DNA from: Octopus sinensis
Taxonomy: Eukaryota
Direction: 5' to 3'
Length of the DNA: 64,000 bases
Assembly (NCBI RefSeq): GCF_006345805.1
Contig: NC_042997.1
Span: 135,408,001 to 135,472,000, forward strand
Each line of letters starts with the position of its first letter. Position 1 is the first letter of the stretch. Shown in pieces: positions 1-12,521 of the stretch. The position numbers and the translations under genes are program-made. The notes beneath the pieces were generated by a model. The model worked only from the letters and a program-made list of their open reading frames with translations, had not been told where the DNA came from and did not search any database.

Positions 1-200
1 ATATATATATACACACACAGACACACACATATATACACATATACATATATACATACATACATATATATATATACATACATACATACATATACACATACAT
101 ACATACATACATGCATACATACATATATACATACATACATACATACATACATACATGCATACATACATACAGACAGACAGACAGACAGACATACATACAT
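1..200. repeat. Compound microsatellite (TA/CA/ATAC/ACAG)n
   Basis: Directly visible tandem di- and tetranucleotide units. Confidence 0.95.
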
Positions 201-520
201 GCATACTCATACACTTGTTTGTAGCTCATGTACTCTTCTCCATACACTTTCTGCAACTTTGCGTAGGCCTCTGAGCAGGTATTGCCATGACGACTTTCTC
301 TGTCATAATCAATGCGACGACCACACGCTACACACCTTCATTCCTAGCACTGCTGTAAACAGCGAAAGTGAGCTAGAAACATCAAAACGTAGTGCACATG
401 CGCAGCAACGTCCAAGGTCAATCTGTGCTAAACAGCTTTAATCTACTTGCTTTAGCTTCATTACTATGGCACATTCTTGATGCTTATTAATGAAATCTCG
501 TATATGTTTTATTCATATGT

Positions 521-912
521 TCTTTTATTTGTTTCAGCCATTTGACTGCGGCCATGTTGGAAAACCGACTTTATTCGAGCAAATCGACCCCAGGACGTAT
601 TCATTGTAAGCCTAATACTTATTCCATCGGTCTCTTTTGCCGAACCGCGAAGCTACGGGGACGTAAACACACCAGCATCGGTTATCAAGCGATGGTAGAG
701 GGGGAGTCAAACACAGACACACAAACATATACACACACATACATATATATATACTACCCGCTTCTTTCAGTTATTGACTACCAAATCCACTCAGACGGCT
801 TTGGTAGGCCCGAGGCTATAGTAGAAGACACTTGCCCAAGGTGCAACGCAGTGTGCCTGAACCTGGAACCATGTGGCTAGTGAGCAAACTACATTCAACA
901 CACCAACTCCTG
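521..912 (-). mobile_element. tRNA-derived SINE, family A (head, internal microsatellite, tail ending ...CAGTCAAATGACTGAAACAA)
   Basis: Homologous over its length to the copy at 15225-15715. The minus strand starts with a tRNA-like A/B-box head, and an internal (CA/TA)n tract lies at the same position as in the other copies. Confidence 0.85.
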
Positions 913-919
913 GGCCAAT

Positions 920-953
<34 letters not shown>

Positions 954-1291
954 TATAATTATTATTAAAATTATAATTTAGTGTATCTACGAGATACCGC
1001 CATGCTGAAAATAGCAGCCAAGATCGATATTTAATTTAAATTAACGATCTTATCCTTATTTATATAAATTTTATATTTATGATATATGTATATGTATTAT
1101 TAGTTATATTTTTATAATATATGTATGTATGCATGCATGTATGTATCTATGTAAGTAGGTTGCTTGGTAGATAGGTAGGGAGGGAGGGATTGAGGAAGGA
1201 AGGAAGGAATGAAGGAAGGAAGGAAGGAAGGAAGGAAAATAGGTACGTATGTATGTTTAATTTTTCCACCTGAAATGCATCCATCGAATTT

Positions 1292-1508
1292 GTGCCATCT
1301 TGGCGGAATCATTTGCACGCTGGACAAAATGCTTAGCGGTATGTCGCCAGTCGCTACAACCTGAGTTCGAATTCCGCCGAGGTCGACTTTGCCTTTTTTT
1401 CGTTTTGGAGTCGACAAGTTAAGTACCAGTCAAGTACTGGAGTCGATGTAATCGATTAGTCCCCTACCGACGAATTTCAGGTAGTGTGCCTATAGTAGAA
1501 AAGATTAT
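1292..1508 (+). mobile_element. tRNA-derived SINE, family B
   Basis: TGGCGGAATC A-box-like and GTTCGAATTCC B-box motifs. Related degenerate copies occur at 42850-43262. Confidence 0.7.
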
Positions 1509-1576
1509 TTATTGCTGTTACTTAAATCATCTCCGTTTCTCAAGCACTCTTGCCTTCTCACTCGCTCTAACGCTCT

Positions 1577-1616
<40 letters not shown>

Positions 1617-1935
1617 CCCTACCTCTCTCTGTTTTGGTCTCTTTTTATATCTACCTCGTTTTTAATATTTTATTTAAGACTATGTATTTATTACCAAACG
1701 TAATTTTACTTTGCCAACATCAATATCCGTAAATAACTTGTATCTTAACGAGAATAAATAAATTTTTACCACGGCTTTACTGCTGAAATCCATACTTAGG
1801 AGTGAGGTAGTTGTAACTCCATGAAAATTGTAACATGCCTATTACTTGACCTCCTCCTTTAAGTATTTCCTCAAAGTGAAAATCATATAAGCCAATGCTT
1901 GAAACCTAGTTGCCAATTATATCTTTTATCTTTCA

Positions 1936-2230
1936 TACTCTACTTGACTCTGTCATTAGACTGCGGCCATGGTGGGGCACCGCCTTGAACAATTGTTAGG
2001 TGAATGAATCGACAGTACTTATATTTTGCTAAACCTGGTACTTATTGTACCGCCAATTCACAAGGACGCAAACACACTAACACCGGTTGTCAAACTGTGG
2101 TGAGGGACAAACACAGGCACAAAGACCCACACACACACCTGAACACAGACACTCACACAAACGCTCACACACATATTCACACACACATCCACACATACAT
2201 ATACACGGCTACACCATAAATGGTTTCCAA
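1936..2230 (-). mobile_element. Degenerate 3' part of SINE family A
   Basis: GACTGCGGCCATG...GCACCGCC and GACGCAAACACAC...CGGTTGTCAA blocks are shared with the 521-912 and 15225-15715 copies. Confidence 0.7.
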
Positions 2231-2238
2231 ATCAGATA

Positions 2239-2297
<59 letters not shown>

Positions 2298-3370
2298 ATG
2301 ATCCAACATGGTAGATCCAATGGAAAGAGAATTTAAATCTCCCGCAAACCAGAAGCTATTCTGTCTATTTCATATCTTTATATCTTCATAAGTACACACA
2401 CACGCATGTATGTATGTGTGTGTGTGTGCGTGCGTGTGTGTATCAATGCTTGTGTATATAAACCAGATGTTCTGATTTTATTTAAGTTAATTTGCTATAT
2501 TTACGAACTGCAGTGATACAACAGGTTTCCTCAATGATTCATACGCTCATATATGCATAATACAGCAATGTTGCGGTAAAGGGTAATTTTGACTGCTATT
2601 CTCATTACTATTACTAGCTACAATTTAGAGGTCAAATTCCTACACTCGTACATAAAAATTACAACTAGCAATCGCTCGCGAACTAACATGGTTTCATAAC
2701 ATGTGAGAGTGTATATGTATATTCAATGTTCGTATGTATGAATCTTTTTTTATCTATGTATGTAAATTAACCCACTTTAGCGATTGTCAACTCCTCTCTC
2801 CAAAACTAGATATTTCAGTTGATTGTTTCTGCAAATTGCAGTGAACTTCGCCAAAGTATACTCTCTAAAGCATAATCGTCCAATTTCCTATATGCAAGGA
2901 CTGACAAAATGCACTCAAATACGGTATATAAATTGATGTTCAATATAGAAAGTTGCCCGCCTCAAATGAAATGCTTACGACAAGAAATAACCCACCAATC
3001 ACAATATAGATAAGTTAACTGCTGAGACTTTTAACATAAAATGTGATTAAACTTTATAAGCACCAGTTTGAAATAGAAAAAGCAAATTGGCCAGGAGATA
3101 TTTGAAACTAAATCAGTGCTTATGTTTACAGTTTTGCAAAGGCATTATATTCTGGAAATCCATAATTTTGTGTATAACTGTTGGAGCGCACAATAACAGT
3201 GAATATCTCTGTTAAAATATGATTGCTGGAAGCTGATACAAATCAGCTCCACAAGGATTATGAGCAATCATACTATACAATCTATATACTTACCCGATAG
3301 GCTTCCTAGGAGAACACACAATCAATCACAAGCACACATACATATACGCGCAAGCATGCACACTCACAAG

Positions 3371-3402
<32 letters not shown>

Positions 3403-4920
3403 TGCACACGCACACGCATACACAGGGAGAATGAAAGAGCGTGAAAGATTCAATAAATAAGACTTATTTAAAGATAGTATATATGGTTGTAAATATGTAC
3501 GTACTAGTCAAATATATGTAGGAAGTACTCATTCGTATTGTGATTGTCAATTTGATTTTAAGCATAACATGGGCCTTCTGATAACTACCTAATTCTGAAT
3601 TTGTTTTGAAAGTTTGTGACATTTATAGATAGTAAATTTTATCAAAAATCACGTCAACAGCGGCTCCGGCCCTCGAGCATTCTTCGTAGATGAAGTTTCG
3701 ACCTGAAAATAAATTAACGTATTTTTGCCTACTATGTACAGCAGCGCTTCTGTGAGGCTATAGGAGCTGTATTCATAGAAACAAGCTATGTCAGTATTCC
3801 AATCTATTTCCTTTCATGTATGAACATTTCAACTTTATGTGTAATTTGACAACACTACACAAAAGACTTTCGCCTGAAGTTTAATAGTTTGCACTTTTGA
3901 GGTATTCTGTTTCAGAATTTGAGAGAAAATTTTATTTTCCTCATACTGTACACTAACCTTAGACGCAAACTACTTTTAATTTTTGTTCAGTTCGATATAC
4001 TTTTAATGTGGAAAGCTTATTTACAAGGTCTTAAGATTGCTTATATTTTTTTAACATAATGAATTTTTTTTGTTTATGGCGGTAGCTAATACTCCATAAA
4101 GTTATTGCCCCGGCCTGATCGATACATTATATATGACACTTCATAAAAAAAGAGAGATTCCAGTGTTGCCAGTACTTGTGTCTGGTGTAACAAATTTCTC
4201 TAGCGTCGTTTATCCATACTAAAACTCTGGGACAATGGCGGAGCGTATGTATCTCTGGTTTGTTATACAGTATTCTGCTCAATTCTTTTTCCTGTCAAGT
4301 TGGAAGAAAATAATAATTTCCCAGCAGAATTATGGGCTGGTTTGTAACTGAAATATTTTTATCCACAGAGACGGCATAATGCCATGCACTCATCGCTTAA
4401 GAACTTTGAATTACCAGCTTGGATAAAATTACCTGCTTTTTTTCTGTTTCATCAAGAAATACTTAACAGAGGGATACGAGTTACGAGAAGCACGATGTAT
4501 TCTAATGCTTGAAAATCTTTGTTTCTTGCAGACATCATGGTGATAGGTGCTTGTACAACATAAATACTAATCCCTAATTATAAGCTTCCTTGTTCTATTG
4601 AGAGGAAAGATTTTACATGACTGTTGAAAGCATCAAATGAACGTTTTCGGCAAGTTGCTTTCTACTCATTGCTACCCATATGAACCCTCAAAATAGTTGT
4701 GATATAAATTCAGAGTTTTCCATCTATGAAATGGCTGTTTTTACTAGAAATAGAGCCCATCACACTAAAGTTGTTTTATAGCGTTCTCTTCTACCATCTG
4801 TGTTTCCGCTAAATAGTGACTCTATAAGCAATGAAGACGACTAGCCGCGTGAAATGAGAGTACGGGCCGGATTTCGTGCAAGGATAGTAATTTGCCGACC
4901 TCTACTTTTGTTTTATGATA

Positions 4921-4921
4921 C

Positions 4922-5014
<93 letters not shown>

Positions 5015-5050
5015 ATGTATGTATGTATGTATGTATGTATGTATGTATGT
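4921..5050. repeat. Compound microsatellite (TA)n(TG)n(TATG)n
   Basis: Directly visible. It explains the low-complexity ORFs called here. Confidence 0.95.
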
Positions 5051-5269
5051 GCGCATGCATACCTGTATCTGTCTATTAATATATTCACATCTACGGTCAC
5101 AAAATCCACACATGTACGCAGAGAAAACAGAGACAATAATAAGAGATAGGTTTGATCCCACCCTTATATGATATGAGATCTATATTCATCAACGACCGAA
5201 CAATTCTGAAATTGTCATGTCAGTAGCTCAGATAAAAAGTGTGTTTTTTTCACCAACAGGGCTGTAAAT

Positions 5270-6540
5270 AGGATATTACAGTGCTTCGAACTCTTGAGTA
5301 TCCAACATAAATCGGCCATGGGCAAAACAGTATTCTTTAAGATGCATTCCAGCTATTGCCAATGATTTTCCTTTGATTTATTGATTGGCATGTCGATTCA
5401 TAGATATTTTGGAACTAAAGACTTCTGAATTGATACAGCATATCTTTTGGAAAGAGTCGAATTTTGGGTATAGATGCAAGTTCTCTATTTCTACACTTAA
5501 GGAGGAAAGTAGATTCAATGACGTGTAGCTTTTTTACTAATAGATCTGTGCTATTCTCAAACTGAGATGGTTCTCTGTTAAGCAGTAGCATTGAAGTTTG
5601 AGATGCAGTAGACATGAATGTTAATAGCTAATCACCTAAGATTGACTTTCAAGCTTGTAGGCAGTCTGGACATTTCAATTTTAATTAAAAAAACTTATGA
5701 CTTAGGGAAATTATGATTGTATCTTAATGGCAAGATCTGAGGCAATTTACCCGACGACACAACTGCTACTCATCCCCTTTGGGGGGTCAGTCTGGTACTG
5801 GCCTGTCCAGATCCTCCGAAGCTCTCTTACGTGCCAATGTGCATTTATCATAAACAATGATTTGGTAGTTTTTAAGAATTTGTCCATTTTCGGATGTCCT
5901 AACAATATTAGAAACATGCACACACCTTGTACCAAAACCTAAAAGAATGTTTAAAGCAGAGTTAGTTTATTGCCAACGGAAAGTTGTCTGACAGCAATTC
6001 TTGAGTAATTATTTGTAATATAAATGCACTTATTTTAGCAAACGTTGGTAAGAAAACCAAATAAAGACAAAGAGTGTCTTTTGCAGTTTTACCAAGTACA
6101 CTAGGGAAGCAAATTCCAATCATTTATTCCCAAAGCCTGCCGTCTGGTCTGCAAATGTGAATCTATATTCACATTTACTTTTTTGAAGATTTTAGTTTAT
6201 GACTGATTTTAGATTGCATCCTAGATTTCGCTAGTGTACTCTATTTTCATGCCAGGTTATATCTTTTTAATGTGTTTGAAATCCAGAGCTGAAGCAGATT
6301 GTTTAAGTAATTTGACTTCATGAAGAAAATAATCCTATGACAGTTGGATTTTAGGGACGTAAAAACACCTGACCTTTATTTATACCATTGTGCTTCATGC
6401 TCCAGTAGTGCGAGCATAAAGTATATTTTTTCTGTATGTAGCCTTTGATTATTTGATATGAAAATTAACTTGGTCTTGAATCTGGTATGCAGGATATGAT
6501 CTATCAAGTCACATTGACCGTTAACATTTAACATTGTTTT
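5270..6540 (-). mobile_element. Helitron RepHel remnant (PIF1-family helicase, heavily degenerate)
   Basis: Manual translation across stops and frameshifts gives PIF1 motifs in the correct order: GICFPSVLGKT (Walker A, cf. APGGTGKT), TNSAL, IIVYDKCTLARKRASEDLDR (cf. LIVWDECTMAHKHAFEALDR), SSGKLPQILP (cf. LAGDFRQILP), NSTDLLVKKL-HVIEST, IPKIRLFPKDMLYQF (cf. IPRIPLIPSDLPFQF), and YVGYSRV. Confidence 0.8.
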
Positions 6541-8035
6541 CTTAGTCCCCATTTCTTGTTGCCGCTTGAATAGTGGGACGGAACCTGATGGGCGAGAAGT
6601 ACTTTTGCAACGTATTCATACTGGCACTTCTTGAAAAATTAAGTACACTATCCTTTGTGCGATTTACTTACTGTGCAGCCGTTATTTGAATGAAGTAAAC
6701 ATCTTAAATATTTCCCATGTGAGCAGCAAGTTACTGAATAGTAAAAATGAAAAGGTAGGAATTGAATAAATTGATCGCGGTTTATTGCGTCAAATCAAAC
6801 ATTGCAGCATCAAATTGTTTGATGTCATATTTAGAGATATATTTGAAAGAGTCAATTCAATTACACAACTTAAAATTAATGTGTGCATGAAATATCTAGA
6901 GCAGGAGGGAACAGTGGGTAACACTCAATATATTGTTAATTTCATGTAATCCAACCGACCGGTAATCTTGAGTATGATGGTTAACTATCATGTGTTTGAG
7001 CATCCCTAACAGTCTTGAAAACAAATTTGATAAATGCGTTGTTTTGCACCCGAAAATTAAATATGTTGAGGTCACCATATGAACCATGAGTCACATGGGT
7101 TTAGCACTACTGAAGAGTTCTTTCGCCTTCTATGGGTCTCAAAAGCCCTACAAAAATGATAGAATTGATTTACTTGTTAATCAGATCAGGTTTGGAAATA
7201 ACACTGTTTCCTAGACATTTCTCACGGAAATGTAACGTTTGAGATATCGTAGCATAAAAACAGTAATTACATTTTGTCGTGACTGTAATTTGAACTCACA
7301 TTCACAAAATGTAAGTTACCTTCTAAGTTAAATCAAATTAGTATATGTGCGAAAATCAATAGGAGGCTAGCGTAGCAGCAAAATTAACAGTCTTTAGCTA
7401 AAACTGTTATGTTGCTAAAAGTAAATTGATAGTAACAGAATGAGGGAGACCAAAGAGAATGATTGGTAGTGATATTATCGGAGAGAAGAAAGAGAATGAT
7501 TCGAATTGACAAAGCTTTCAATGAGGAGTAGGAAGACAGAAGCAATAATAAACTTCAGAGATTCAACATTTTACAGATAGCGGAGAAACGGTGATTGCTA
7601 CTCAAAGAAGAAAGAAGATGGACCAACAGTCACCATCTCCTCAAATATATAATGGATGACAAATCAATTCTAAGAAAGGTAGAACAAACATGTAGGAATT
7701 GGTCAACTCGTTGGTACCACATTTACGCAGAAGCATCAAACTTCCTCCAATCAAGCAATCTAAGTGTTTTAACTCTCAAGTTTGCGGTTTGTCACACATT
7801 GCACAGACAGATTTTGATATTGTAACAAACTCAAAATGGCTAATGCTAATTTTATAACGCGATCCATATATATATATATATATATATATAACACTGTTTG
7901 GTGTTCTGTCACCTGTCTCCGTCTTGTTTATATAATTTTGAGACACGCACGCAGACATACACACACAGACACACACACACACACACATACACACACACAC
8001 ACACAGATATATAGATAGATAGATAGTGATGATGA

Positions 8036-8149
8036 GAAGAAGAAGAAGAAGAAGAAGAAGAAGAAGAAGAAGAAGAAGAAGAAGAAGAAGAAGAAGAAGA
8101 AGAAGAAGAAGAAGAAGAAGAAGAAGAAGAAGAAGAAGAAGAAGAAGAA
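8036..8149. repeat. (GAA)n, about 38 units
   Basis: Directly visible pure trinucleotide tract. Confidence 0.97.
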
Positions 8150-8626
8150 ACAACCATACTCTGGGATATACGAATATACAAAGATAGAGAAATCAAGGCT
8201 AATAGACCGGATATAGTTGTCAGAGATCACCAAGTAAAAAGATTCCTTCTAATTGAAATTTCATTACCAACATATGACAACGTTTCTCTAAATGAAACGG
8301 ATGAATTTTCAAAATACAAAGATCTGTAAACAGATGTAAATTGAATGTGGAGCCTGAAGATAGAAGCAATTCCTATAATAGTAGGTTCGTTAGGTTTGGT
8401 AAAAAAAAAACATTCAGACGAGTTCATAACAAAAACATCAGGACTTACGAGTGTACATAACATACAGGAAATAACAGTACTAGGCACCGCACACATCCTA
8501 TGTAAAGCAATTTCAATACAGTGAAAATAAGACACCACAACAAACCACAGCGCATAGCCAAGGCACACAGCTGCACTCGATAGTGCAGTGAAAGCACAGG
8601 ATAAAAATAAGAGTACTGAATAAAAA
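8150..8626 (+). mobile_element. R4/Dong-clade non-LTR retrotransposon 3' fragment (restriction-like endonuclease domain plus 3' UTR)
   Basis: Translates to TILWDIRIYKDREIKANRPDIVVRDHQVKRFLLIEISLP...KYKDL...IPIIVGSLG...VLGTAHIL, a PD-(D/E)xK RLE signature. It ends in AATAAAAAT followed by a (TAA/TGA)n tract. Confidence 0.88.
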
Positions 8627-8646
8627 TGATGATGATAATAATAATA

Positions 8647-8730
<84 letters not shown>

Positions 8731-8731
8731 C

Positions 8732-8795
<64 letters not shown>

Positions 8796-8812
8796 GGGAT
8801 GATGATGATGAT
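8627..8812. repeat. (TAA)n/(TGA)n compound trinucleotide repeat
   Basis: Directly visible. Confidence 0.95.
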
Positions 8813-8825
8813 ATGATATACCCTA

Positions 8826-9165
8826 ATGCAGTAGCAGGCAGTGGCTCTCATTGCTTTTGATCTTAAGAGATTGGAAGTGTTATCATGTACATTGTTTTGC
8901 CTTGATATAAAAGATGGTCTACAGAAAATATTTTGCTCAATACCACAGATTTGCTTATTATTTGTTTGACTTTAACCAGTTGAGTATGTCCCTTAGTGGC
9001 TGATGATATGTGCATCTCTGATTACGAGCAGAGGTAGTGAGGGAGAATCACAGCCATGTGTTGAGAGAAATTCTTTGGGGTTTGCATAATTTACCTTTGA
9101 AAACATGGGTATTTTGTTCAACATCCTTAAACAACCCTCATTGGAGAAGCTTTTGAGCTGGGGTT
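8826..9165. repeat. Probable interspersed repeat (unclassified)
   Basis: Sequence resembles a repeat I recall from Octopus genomic DNA. There is no second copy in this window to confirm it. Confidence 0.35.
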
Positions 9166-9227
9166 CGTATATTTTACTCCAGTGTTAATTTGATGGCATG
9201 CATTGCCTTCTCACTGAATAATGATGA

Positions 9228-9261
<34 letters not shown>

Positions 9262-9299
9262 GGTGATGAAGATGATAATAATAAAAAAGAATGATATAA

Positions 9300-9745
9300 T
9301 TATCAGAAACTGCAAGGGAAGACGTACAAACCTCAACATTGCATTGGTTGACTATCGCAAAGCAAAGGATATGATACCACACTCCTAGATAATAAGAACG
9401 ATGGAAGTGTATAGATTAGCAGAGAATATAAGAAGCCTTATATGAAATAGCATGAAATGTTGGAGAACGGAATTGACAGAATGGAAGCAATTACCAGGAG
9501 AGGTGAAAATTAAGAGAGGAATCATCCAGTGGGAAAGTGTGTCTCCATTCATATTCGTGCTGGGAATGATTTCCTTCAGTGAAATACTGCAGAAAACAAA
9601 GTTAGGGCATGATCTGTGAAGAGGTAAGGGAAAACTAAACCATTTGTTATTCATTCGCGACCTGAAGCTGTTCACAAAAACTGAGGCACAACTGGATAGC
9701 CTAGTCCAGTCTGCGCCGATTTTCACTAATGATACTGAAACGGAG
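9300..9745 (+). mobile_element. R4/Dong-clade reverse transcriptase fragment
   Basis: RNCKGRRTNLNIALVDYRKAKDMIPHS...GEVKIKRGIIQWESVSPFIF...LNHLLFIRDLKLF matches RT motifs (IDYKKAFDSVPH, RGIFQGDSLSP, HLLFMDDLKL). Catalytic residues are mutated and stops are present. Confidence 0.85.
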
Positions 9746-9853
9746 TTTTTATCTTATATTTAATTTATTCTATAGGCTGTAATTTTTTTCTATATGGTAT
9801 AATCTAATTTTTTCATTGTTGAGTTGATAAAAGGTGGTTTTTTTCTAATTTAT

Positions 9854-9977
<124 letters not shown>

Positions 9978-9989
9978 CCACTATACCTT

Positions 9990-10160
9990 TTTTTATTTTC
10001 TCTCCCTGTTTATTTCTGTATTCCTTTCTGTCGATGAACGTAGGCTCGAAACGTAAAAGACTTTCTCACTTCCCGAGCGTTAAACTAATACATCTGTTTG
10101 GTGTTTACACACCTATTTTCGTCTTTTGTTTCTTTGTTGTTGTTTTATTTTGTAAATTCT
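9990..10160 (+). mobile_element. Penelope-like terminal repeat fragment with hammerhead-like motif
   Basis: Homologous in inverse orientation to 14410-14580. Contains CTGTCGA...GCTC-GAAACGTA. Confidence 0.55.
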
Positions 10161-11039
10161 CACTTCTTAGTCTAAAATCAGTGCATAGGTAGCATGTCCT
10201 ACAGCATTAATTTTTCTTTTTGTTAATACTGGGTATCAGTGATTATAGACACAAGCTAATTAGGTAAATAAACAATTTTAAATACTTGAATTATTACATA
10301 TTTTCTATAAAGCATCTCTATTGATGTTACTAAATTAGTATATATACTTCATCATGATTTTAGTGATTAAGCTATTTTATATCCTTTTCTATGGTGTTTC
10401 TACCCTACCCGATCATTTTAATGCATTATAATTGCCTTTAGATAAACCTAAATTTCTGTACCCCAATAGCTTATAAAAAGCAATATGGGTATCTTCACAA
10501 GACAGACATTCTCAGTTTTATATAGAGAGAGATAATTAGCGTGTTCCTTTACTCCAATACTCCTTTATTAATACCAGTATATACAAATTAATCAATATTC
10601 ACAGATTCCATCTGATGATTTAAGTGTACATTATGTATAAATATTAAACTATTTCTGGATAATTACTTTTCCTCCCTCTATTGTGGTAAAAGTTGGGTTA
10701 TACTAAATATATTCATAAATTTCTATCCTTTTGCTATAATATGCCTCTTAATAATCCTTTGAATAACCCTAAACTTTAACTGAATACAATATAGCAACAT
10801 TGTTTAAAATATTTAACAGTAGTATGACATGATAAGAGTTCCTCTGTTTCATTATCGATGGTCTGCTACTGGGCGACCCTCTTAATTATCAGCTAACATC
10901 TTGTTTTAAGTTTTCCTTTACCAAACCACGTGATATTCCTTCTAATAAATCTTGATTTTTATGACTATACTAACTATGATATCTGTCTAATCCCTCAGCC
11001 CTACCCCTAACTGATACTACCCTCTGTTCTCTCGGCCTT

Positions 11040-11339
11040 AGATATACAAAGGATTTGATAAACTAGTCTATAAGTTAAAAATGACTCCATAAAAACAAAA
11101 AACCAGTGACAGGCAGAGACTGTAACAATGTCTTCTTGAAAAATTCAGTAATTTCTAAACTTGGAGATTTTAGGTATAATAATACCAATATGTCCATCTG
11201 TTCTAATTTAATTAAATTAAATTCTATGTCCTTGTGCAGCTGAAGTTTGCTCTGCATTTTAAATTGATCACATTGTTCAATTAAACGGAGTTGCATGAAA
11301 CGATCGTACAGCATTACCTCTAGATATACTTGTTGCTTA

Positions 11340-11345
<6 letters not shown>
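11040..11345 (-). repeat. Unclassified interspersed repeat, uninterrupted paralogue of the pogo host site at 52545-54859
   Basis: The reverse complement aligns by eye with 52545-52606 plus 54575-54859, e.g. GATCGTTTCATGC.ACTCC.TT-TA-ATTGAACAATG, CTTCAGCTGCACAA, TATAGACTAGTTTATCAAATCCTTTGTATAT. Confidence 0.85.
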
Positions 11346-11370
<25 letters not shown>

Positions 11371-12273
11371 CTTCATTTGTATACCATATAAGTATTGGTA
11401 TAATTCAATAATAAAGATAAATTTAATATAGAGATATTCTATTGACATTCAATAATTTATTTATATTACAATATTATATTAAATAGATAAAGTAAACAAA
11501 CAGAGAAATTTTCATTAGATTTTCTTTCATATCTACTATGTAATTATCCCTTCTGGAATATAATGAATATAGAAGATTATTATTAGCTAATTTAAACAAT
11601 TAATTTTTTGTACCAACTAATTTAATAGAGAAAAGACTTTCTGTATTGAAAATGTAATTGTTTATATATTTTTGTTGTAGTTACACGTAGGAGAAAACTG
11701 AGATACTTAACCATATACATATATATACACATATATACTATCATAGTATGTTGTGATGACAAGATACTATCTTGGTTTCCAATTGTTATGTGTTTGAGAT
11801 ATAATGAAGTGAATTTCGATGTTAGTGGATTGCACTTGATTGTATCATCCGTTTAAATGTTTTTGTTGTTTTTTTTAAAATTATAATTGATGTAAGATTT
11901 TATAAGTAACGCTCACGATGATAACACAGACATTTGAATTAATTTTTACAATCAAGCCGTCCTTCCCAGACAGGATTTCGTCTTTTTGAACCGATTGACC
12001 CTGAAGTGACTTATCTGTAATTGAACTGTCATTATATATATCAGAAAAAATATATATCAGTCGAAACAATATATTGGACTTTTACGGTTTTGATAGTTAT
12101 TTATATAATATTATGTTATTTTATATTATTAGTATTATATATTATATATTCATAGTTTTTAATTAAATATTGCAATATCTCTATATTTAATTTGTCATAT
12201 ATATATATATATATATATATAAGTGTGTCTGTGTATGTGTGTATGTATGTGTGTGTATGAGTATGTATGTATA

Positions 12274-12314
<41 letters not shown>

Positions 12315-12521
12315 AAGGGATTTGTATAAAGGAATATATTATTCAAAGAAATTCCAACCCTGTTTTTTGTTTTATTTATATTCTTTATAATATTAATGTA
12401 GAATATAGAATATATAGTATAAATAATATATATATAGTAAAATGAAATGAAGTATTGATTGTCCTAGTGACTAGATGAAATATTGAATATAAAATATTAA
12501 GGAACTAATTTTGATATTTCA

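Noticed and set aside
5960-6130. Minus-strand peptide LCLYLVFLPTFAKISAFILQIITQELLSDNFPL resembling a GPCR TM3
   Set aside because: The surrounding frames give an ordered series of PIF1 helicase motifs, so the Helitron reading explains the region better.
7700-7830. KCFNSQVCGLSHIAQ, a possible zinc knuckle
   Set aside because: The spacing does not fit CX2CX4HX4C and there is no supporting context.
10540-11030. AT-rich segment considered as a possible NUMT
   Set aside because: I recognised no mitochondrial protein, rRNA or tRNA motif.
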